This document shows positions 1 through 6,562 of a DNA stretch of 6,562 nucleotides, in pieces (position 1 is the stretch's first letter; the number at the start of each line of letters is the position of its first letter). A program made the translations under genes and the position numbers. Location: the NCBI GenBank assembly GCA_905178155.1, contig CAJINV010000109.1, positions 1-6,562 of the forward strand, written 5' to 3'. The DNA is from Amoebophrya sp. A120. Its lineage: Eukaryota > Protista > Dinoflagellata. The notes under the pieces are model-generated. The model did not search any database, was not told the DNA's origin, and worked only from the letters and a program-made list of their open reading frames with translations.

Positions 1-95
1 CGACACACGCACGCAGGTAGATTTTCAAAACTTGTTTTGACACAACTACGTATATATTCGCATCCCAAGGTTGTTCCCCAGTACATTATCCCGCG
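1..95 (+). repeat. Left copy of a 95-nt exact terminal direct repeat
   Basis: Bases 1-95 (cgacacacgcacgcaggtag...cattatcccgcg) are identical to 6468-6562. Confidence 0.98.
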
Positions 96-122
96 CAGAA
101 AAGATCAAAAGCCTACTGCTAA

Positions 123-473
123 GAAAAGTACGGCCTCGTGGTGCCGCCCGATGCGGTTGCGAGAAAAGCAGATAGAACAAGAAGAGATTTTGTGTTCTCC
201 TCGATCTTCGTGGCCCCCTTGTTCTGTGAGCCGCAGGACACGCCACAGGATCAACTTTCGAGGTTCCTCCTGGAGGACCAACGGATGCTAGCAGATGGGA
301 TTTTGCAAGTCAGGCAAGACAGATGGTCGCGTGACCCACGGCACGCATTACAAATAGGATCTTTTATTTCAGACCCAGACATATTTGCAGTCGATAGCAC
401 GTACCTCAAAGCGATTTTGGGTTTGGGGAAGGAAATCAAGGGCGAGATCAAGTGTCTACAGGTGGTGGACTGA
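123..473 (+). CDS. Possible terminal exon or gene fragment of unknown function
   Basis: Stop-free frame of 116 codons with protein-like composition (EKYGLVVPPD...EIKCLQVVD*), followed by an AT-rich, T-run 3'UTR-like stretch. No ATG near its start and no recognisable motif. Confidence 0.3.
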   Translation, partial: EKYGLVVPPDAVARKADRTRRDFVFSSIFVAPLFCEPQDTPQDQLSRFLLEDQRMLADGILQVRQDRWSRDPRHALQIGSFISDPDIFAVDSTYLKAILGLGKEIKGEIKCLQVVD

Positions 474-1358
474 GAAGTTTCTGCTCCGGCTCGTGCGGTG
501 TAATTTTTTTGATTTATTTATTCCATAGACATAGTGGTCATGGTCATGGACCTAGACGTAGACCCGGCGCTTCTGGTTCTGCAAGGGAAATGAAATCCTT
601 TTTTGAGTACGGTATTGTGGTTTAATGCTTGTTTCAACGTAACAAACTAGAACTACCCTGTAGTGATCTCCCTCTACTAGGAGGTGCGCTCTTGCAAAAC
701 AAACTTTTCAAAATGCAGTTTTTTTGTCTGTCTCCAAAAAACTGTTGTACCGCCGCACCAACGAGTGCGAGCATACCGAACGGTAATATTCTGATCTGTT
801 GAGGAGGTGTCTATTCCCATTCCCTCCACTATTTTCAGAATAATTCAAAAAGAAAAGTTTTTGATCAAGCAGATGACAATCCTTCTTTCAAGGATCTTTT
901 GTCTACTTCCACGCAAAATCGTCGACGAAGCATAGATACCAACGCCGCTGTCGTGGATCGTGTTCTTCGCGGCTGCATGGTCAATGGTGTAGTTGTGCTT
1001 TATGCTCGGTGTAGTATTTTGAGATTTTGTTTCTCGGTGTGATTTCTTTCGTACTCGTGTCGTTCCTCATCCTCAACGCCGTAGTCCGTCGTCGTCCAGA
1101 TAAGTGACTCTTCGTCCACCTTCTAGATGTGTTGCTGCTCCTCTTGTACTTGTACCACGAGAAGCATCGGTTCGTGCGCGCGTTCCTGCCTTTGACAGTC
1201 GTGCTTGTCGTCTTTCCGCTTCGCGGTGCTGTACAACTGGGACTGACTTGCAGGAAGAACTGCGTTCCTGCCGTGCAGTGTCATGCCCTTCGTAGCTACT
1301 TTTGGTCTACTAGCTCTACTTCAAAATGATGAATAAGTCAGGCTCAGGCAGACCTGCG

Positions 1359-1408
1359 TCTCCTGTTTCGTTCCCTCTTTTCGTTGCACTCACTTTTCGT
1401 TTTCTTAG
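1359..1408 (+). promoter_or_regulatory. Polypyrimidine tract with AG: putative cis- or trans-splice acceptor upstream of the PAN gene
   Basis: About 50 nt of mostly T/C with a branch-like CTCAC (1389-1393), ending TTTTCTTAG at 1408. There is no ATG between it and ATG 1583. Confidence 0.45.
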
Positions 1409-1582
1409 AAAAAATTTCGCGGTCAGAACTCATCCAAGGTGGTCCAGTGGGACGTTTTCGCAGCAAGTACGGGCGCTCATCATTTAGATTGTGCCTCAAT
1501 TCTCTTTCGTGAAGGTAGGACAATATATCAGCATAGTAAATACCAACCTAGTAAAACCCAATTTAGAAAAAGAGCGTCAACC

Positions 1583-3090
1583 ATGGCACTTTCGGGCAGC
1601 GCGACGTCGTCTTCGCTTCCGCGCTCCGACAGGGGGTGGCACAAGCAAGGAACAAAGAGTTTGAGAAGCAGGCTGGGGTCGTCTTTTTCGGTTTTTTTCA
1701 TTCAAGCCACCGCGATTACCGTGAAAGTGGTACAGAAAAAGAACGCGGGTCGTAGCGGGCGGGGGAGAGGGGCGGCAGGCTCGCCGCCCTTGTTGTATCA
1801 TCCCCGGACAGGAAGAACCGCGAAGTCGTCAAAGGAAGACCTCCGGCACAGCGTCGCAATGGTGGAGGACCCGAAGCGATTGCCGGACGACCGTGGGTCC
1901 TCGTCGTCTTTCCCTCGGTCGCGGACGAAAACGGATGCAGCCGGGAGGGGCGGCTTTGCGGAGCTTTCGGCTAGTGCCAAAACACAAAACACGGAGGAAG
2001 CCGACGACGGCGACGGCCGTTGTTTGCCCGCATACAAACATCACATGCTTTCGCACATGTACTGGGACAGCGAGGGGACAAATGACCGAGACTGGCAGGA
2101 CACGTCGGGCTGGGAGGATTGCCGCGAGAAGTGCAAGGACAGCGCGCTCTTCGCGGACGCCGCTAATGATCAGACAAAGCGGTGCGGCGCCTGGCACGCG
2201 TCCGTGCCCGAGGATTGGAAAGCTACGGACGAAGCCCAAGACCGACCATACGTGTATTGCCGCCACTACAACTTTGCCTATATCAAGGAGGCTCGAGCGG
2301 ACAATCCCACCGCATTCGGGGATTTGCTGCCGACGCGGATTGACCCCGCGGGCGAGCCCTGGGAAGGGGACGACGCCCCGTTTGCCGACCACAACCCGAT
2401 CGTGCATTGGAACGGGGAAGATGTGGGAGACACCTGGTACAGTGGGTATTGTATGCGTTCGCCGAGCGGACAGTGGACGGTTCCCGCTACTGGTGCAGAG
2501 AAGGAGTCAGAAATCGTACCTGCCGAGGCGAGCCTCGCTACGGGTGAGGTTCCTCCCGCAGACTCGCTGCCGTGCGACAACTGGTTCGCATCCCTGTCCG
2601 ATGTTGCAGAAGAATACCGAATCCCAAAGGCTCAGTGCAAATATTTTGATCGTTTGGCCATTTGCTCCGGGCTCACATGGGACAAGGACCAAACTTTTCC
2701 CGGGGCCCAGCAGCTCATCACCAACAGTATGGACAAACCCTGCTCGGAGCAGTGCAAATGCAGCGACAGCCCACTAAATGTCGTCGAAATCATCTCGGTC
2801 CTCAATTTGCCCACGGTCGATGAGGATGAGAAGCGGCAGTGTCTGGAGCCCATCAAAGGTGCGCGTCCGGCGCGCGTGGGTGCCGCAATGTTGAACTTAA
2901 AGGGCGAAGCAGTGAAAAGTCCACCGGCCGCGACCCTTTCCGGGGCAGATACGGCACACGCAGACACGGAAGAGAAATGCAAGAGTGCGTGCTTCGACAA
3001 AGCTGAGTGTGTGGCCTGGCACTTTCAGATGGACCATATGCTGTTGTGTAAAAACGCGCCCACCCTTCAAGCAGAAGACCCGAAATTGGT
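1583..3090 (+). CDS. First coding exon of a cysteine-rich PAN/apple-domain protein, putatively secreted or adhesive
   Basis: Lies in the long ORF 1439-3094. The first ATG is at 1583 in a strong Kozak context (aaccATGg). A weakly hydrophobic, recessed signal-like stretch reads LGSSFSVFFIQATA-ITV. PAN-type motifs: DCREKC...RCGAWH...YCRHY...WYSGYC and KCKSACFDKAECVAWHF. GC-rich coding composition drops sharply after about 3090. Confidence 0.8.
2021..2452 (+). other. PAN/apple-like module 1, with long insertions
   Basis: Six Cys codons at 2021, 2120, 2132, 2183, 2258 and 2450, with the CxxxC, C-x-A-W and terminal SGYC pattern typical of apple domains. Confidence 0.6.
2840..3049 (+). other. PAN/apple-like module 2 (C-terminal part probably continues after the intron)
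   Basis: QCL...TEEKCKSACFDKAECVAWHF...LLC; five Cys before the intron. Confidence 0.65.
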
Positions 3091-3371
3091 GTAGATACTC
3101 GCTTGCTAGTACATGACTTCCACTGCCAAAAAAAGAAAAACGGCTTTGTCTACATGCATGAAACAAATGGGTTCGTAGCGTATTCGGGGTTACTTTGCGT
3201 GGTAGCATCACAAATCCATTTACCCCTGTACGCTGGTGATTACACAGATTGTCTGACTCCGTAGTAAGCACTAGAGGAACTACACAAAAACCCACTAGTG
3301 GGGAGCCGCATGAGAAACGGTTGCTATTCACATATCCCGGATACATCTGGGGTAGGTACGGTTTTACACAG
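3091..3371 (+). other. Spliceosomal GT-AG intron, 281 nt, phase 2
   Basis: Begins GTAGAT and ends TTTTACACAG. Removal joins the two long ORFs in frame (..EDPKL-V-MDHSDSS..). The interval is AT-richer than the flanking exons and contains the in-frame TAG at 3092. Confidence 0.7.
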
Positions 3372-4977
3372 GATGGACCACTCGGATTCGTCTGCAGAAC
3401 CAGCAGGAGCGTCGTGTGCGCTTTGGACCGATGGGGAGGTCGTGACAGGCACGGATGTGCCACAAACTTCAGAGGAGTGCACGAAGCAATGCGCTGACAG
3501 CGACACGTGCCGCACAGCAAGCTTTGTTGGTGAACACTGCCTGTTCAAGTATGCAGGAAAGGAGTACTTGTGCGCTCAGGATACGAACTACGACGCCGCG
3601 ACCTGCCCATCTCTGCTTCTGGACACCACGCAGGAAGGAGATGCGGGCTCGGCGGTTGGATTTTGCGTGCCTGATTTCCGGGAAAAAGGGACGCTTTCGC
3701 TCGTGTCCGATTCCGGGACTTCAGGCCGTAGCTGGACGTATGGGGAGGAAGCAGGAGTGCCGTCGTGGTACGTGGACGGGGCAGCGCCCTGTCTCACAAA
3801 GTGTATCACGCCTGAAGACGAGCCGAACTACACGTGCAAAGACGCGCGTCAAGGGCGATGCGACGCTGATGAGGACAGCACGGCAGCGCTCTCGCTACCC
3901 TGTGATTCGCGACGCACGCGCGATTCCTTCGAGCGCATGTACGATTCCTTCGGGCTTTTTGCGTACAATTTGCCGCCGGGGGGCGACACGCTTTATGCCT
4001 TTGCAGAAATGTCACATCATACTTGTGCCGCTTTCGACCACCAGCGCAACTGCGTGACGGCCTTTGCTCCCCAGGACGACGACGGCGGTATTGCCGACCT
4101 CGTGGTGAACAAGCGTCCGAAAACACATCCGCGCGATATGTACGAGGCGGCCCAGATAAGCTTCAATTTGGGACTGAATGAATGTGCTCTGCAGTGTGGT
4201 TGCGTGACATGGCTTTCGTGTCCATCGACCGGCACCGATTCCAGCGGTGCGGCCGTCGCGTTCGAACTCGTGAAGGGGAAAAAGGTCCATTCCTCGGGGG
4301 CCTACAGTACCACGGACCTCGGGGACTCGGCCGACCTCGGTGCGTGCGCTGATCAGTGCGCGCAGGATGAGGAGTGCGCTGCGTTCTCGGGCCATCGGAG
4401 CGCCGTCGTGGCTTCCGGACAGGGGGAGGCCGCGGCAGCCACGGCCACGGTACAATGCAGGCTGCACTCGCAAGCAACTGTGGATGACGCGGACCTCGTG
4501 ACAGACATGCCAGCAGGGATGGACAATGTGTTTTGCCGACGAGGCGTGCCTCAACTACCAGAGCGGCCTACGGCCACCTGTCCCGGGCAGGAAATCCAGG
4601 TGGGCACCAGCACGGCCACTTTCGAAGCGAGTACGGAGGCAAAGACGATCAGCGCGAAAATGGCCTCCAGTCCGACCGACCAACAGACGGTGTCGCAGTG
4701 CGCGAACTTGTGCGCGCAGTCGCAGGAGCAGTGTGTCGCCTTCTCGTATGCGACGAGCGAACAGGAGTGCAACTTGCACAGCCAAAAAAATCTGGACGAC
4801 GCCGCGGGTGCAGAAGCGGATCCGACGAAGATCTTGTGCGAAATGACGATCGAAGGGGACGATGGCTCGGGGAACGACGGCGAGGCGGAAAAGCCACCTT
4901 CGGTATTGCCCGTCAGTAACGTCACCCCTACTACGACTAAAAAAAAAAATGCTTTCGCGATACTTTTGTCCAGGTAA
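3372..4977 (+). CDS. Second coding exon of the PAN/apple-domain protein; true 3' boundary uncertain (about 4911, 4973 or stop at 4977)
   Basis: Lies in ORF 3298-4977. Three PAN-like modules: ECTKQCADSDTCRTASF..HCLFK, ACADQCAQDEECAAFS..QCRLHS..FC and QCANLCAQSQEQCVAFSY..ECNLHS..LC. The joined product is 1037 aa if read to TAA 4977. Coding-like composition fades after about 4911. Confidence 0.82.
3415..3666 (+). other. PAN/apple-like module 3
   Basis: SC...TSEECTKQCADSDTCRTASFVGEHCLFK...GFC, plus an extra Cys pair. Confidence 0.65.
4219..4536 (+). other. PAN/apple-like module 4
   Basis: Complete six-Cys pattern: C...F...CADQC..DEECAAFS...CRLHS...FC. Confidence 0.75.
4579..4839 (+). other. PAN/apple-like module 5
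   Basis: Complete six-Cys pattern: C...F...TVSQCANLC...CVAFSY...ECNLHS...LC. Confidence 0.8.
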
Positions 4978-6174
4978 TACTGAGAGACTCTAGGGGGCAA
5001 AAAATACGTACTCACTAGTGATACATTGTGTGCAGGAGCTGCGCAGGAGAATACCCCTGCGAACAAGTTACCCGATGCAAGTTCGGCACCTTTTGCATGC
5101 CTAAGAGAGGAGGGTACTATTTGAGTATGCGTCATGACACGAATGACAAATGTAGAGCGCTGCATGAAATTATCCCTTGATACTCCTCACGGACCTCGAC
5201 CTTCCAGAAGCAAAGAGCTGCTAATGGCGGCAGCTAGAAGTACCACCGGCGATACGGCTCTGCACTATAAATCATGTGCATTTTCTTGCACGACCCGGAC
5301 CCTCACGACCGACGTTGCGACACACCTCGTATTCATCTCTGCCATGGCATCTTCCACCTCTTCAAAGTGGAGCAGATTTGTTTTGTGTTTTGCAAAAACA
5401 GCAGGAAAGGAGGTGTAACTTGCAACATCGGCAAACCTGATTCATTTTTTCTGATTAAGTTTTTCTGTGCTATCTTGTTTAACATTGTTCTTTTTTGCGC
5501 ATTGCTTTTCACACATTATCAAGTCTGAGTCGTCTTTACACACAAACAAAAGTATCAAATTTCGTGCAGCGAGATTTTAAGAACAAGTACTTCAACAGTT
5601 CCTCCAAGGTAGTAGTTCAAAAAAATTTTTCCGTAACAAACCCAGACCTTTTCACAGCAAGGTAAAGCTTCAACTTTTAGACTTTCAAACGGTTTTTAAC
5701 AACAACATAACTTTCACGAGCCGGATACATTCACGTCTCCTTTTATTTTTACTTGATCGCTTCAGCTTCTCCAACTTGCAACACCTTCGATTTTAGAGTT
5801 AACTTGTTCAGCAGTAGCACTAGAAAGCAGGCATTGTTTTTCTCGTTTTTCAAAGCAGGTCCTTTTTCAGAAGCCAAACCAGCTCCGCCAAGTTGTGGCT
5901 TTTATTGAAGTTGCGCTAGACACATGAGAAGAAGCGTCACTTTGCTTTCAAGCGGTTCCATTTGACCATCCTCAAAAAGCACAAACAAGAACAGGATGTA
6001 GCGCTTGCTTTTTTTCAGTTTGGCATCAGATTCAGACCTACATTTTTTCATGTGATCAACAATTTTACTACAGTTTTATCATACGTCCTCCAAGAGCAAG
6101 AAGTAGCCCTTCTCACTCTTTCTCTTGTTTGGCTCTCCCCAGCACTTTTCGTTTTCGATTTTATATGCGTTAGT
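4950..6174 (-). pseudogene. Possible decayed coding sequence with weak ubiquitin-specific-protease-like motifs
   Basis: Hand translation of the minus strand gives long Lys/Glu-rich frames with few stops: 6174-5752 has 3 internal stops and 5516 to about 4950 has 3. The segments are separated by frameshifts. Motifs GPALKNEKNNACFL and LFAGVFS..AHNVSLV. Confidence 0.25.
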
Positions 6175-6467
6175 TTAACAAGTCACAAAAACCTATCTGC
6201 AACGCGCCACTGAGTGCCTGTTTTGTGTTATGTGATCCCCCAAAGCACCTTCGCCAGATGTTAGTGCGGAAAAAAGACGAGTTTTGCACTACAAATGTGC
6301 GACCCACGACTATCATAGTGGATGTGGAGGTAAAGATCCGTCTTTCCGTCCCATTGAAGAATTTGCTCATGAGCAATGTGATTGTCGGTGCAGCAGAGCC
6401 GCCGGTGAAGGGAAAAGTGTCTCGTTTGCGAACCGTCAGCAGCATCCCTGCTCTCTTCGCACTCGAA

Positions 6468-6562
6468 CGACACACGCACGCAGGTAGATTTTCAAAACTT
6501 GTTTTGACACAACTACGTATATATTCGCATCCCAAGGTTGTTCCCCAGTACATTATCCCGCG
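6468..6562 (+). repeat. Right copy of the 95-nt terminal direct repeat (likely assembler k-mer overlap of a cyclic 6467-bp unit)
   Basis: Exact match to 1-95, running to the last base of the window. Confidence 0.98.

Noticed and set aside
1-95. Terminal repeat interpreted as retrotransposon LTRs or viral terminal repeats
   Set aside because: It coincides exactly with the contig ends, has no TG...CA termini, and no gag, pol or other viral genes are present. Assembly overlap is the simpler explanation.
445-511. U2 snRNA-like AGATCAAGTGT with a downstream Sm-like AATTTTTTTG
   Set aside because: The invariant GTAGTA branch-recognition sequence and the conserved U2 5' end are missing, and the motif lies inside the 123-473 frame.
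535-549. Short tandem repeat (TGGTCA)x2.5
   Set aside because: Too short to be meaningful.
1180-1272. 11-nt direct repeat GCGTTCCTGCC at 1180 and 1262
   Set aside because: Only two short copies with no array structure; not CRISPR-like and plausible by chance.
860-1320. Purine-rich minus strand with stop-poor frames, plus the small + strand ORFs 1104-1295 and 1129-1329
   Set aside because: No recognisable motif, the + ORFs have non-ATG starts, and the low stop density can be explained by strand compositional skew.
1439-1582. GTG start given for the 551-aa ORF
   Set aside because: The gene is eukaryotic. This stretch is AT-richer and UTR-like, and ATG 1583 has a strong Kozak context.
3089-3371. 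Introner-type terminal inverted repeats at the intron ends (GTGTA / TACAC)
   Set aside because: Only 5 bp of complementarity; canonical GT-AG boundaries explain the intron.
1577-4919. Many overlapping alternative-frame and antisense ORFs (for example 1893-2777, 1829-2407, 2897-3520, 3455-4057, 4012-4554)
   Set aside because: Arg/Pro/Ala-rich shadows of a GC-rich CDS with no motifs.
485-5725. 11-nt inverted match TCCGGCTCGTG (485) / CACGAGCCGGA (5715)
   Set aside because: Matches of this length are expected by chance in 6.5 kb, and it does not extend.

Overview
Eukaryotic (protist-like, probably alveolate) genomic DNA, not prokaryotic. The first 95 nt are identical to the last 95 nt, so the window is one 6467-bp unit that is circular, tandemly repeated or an assembly-graph loop. 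The centre holds a GC-rich, intron-split gene on the + strand: ATG 1583 in a Kozak context, exon to 3090, phase-matched GT-AG intron 3091-3371, and an exon to about 4911-4977. It encodes an approximately 1000-aa cysteine-rich, probably secreted protein with five PAN/apple-like modules and two copies of an unassigned 6-Cys, ShK-like module. The 3' end of the gene is ambiguous. The more AT-rich remainder contains what looks like a decayed minus-strand coding sequence with weak ubiquitin-protease-like motifs, an ORF that crosses the circular junction, a strong unpaired splice acceptor and a weak dinoflagellate spliced-leader-like relic upstream of the gene. I recognised no replication, capsid, transposase, rRNA or tRNA gene. 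All family assignments are by eye, without database searches.
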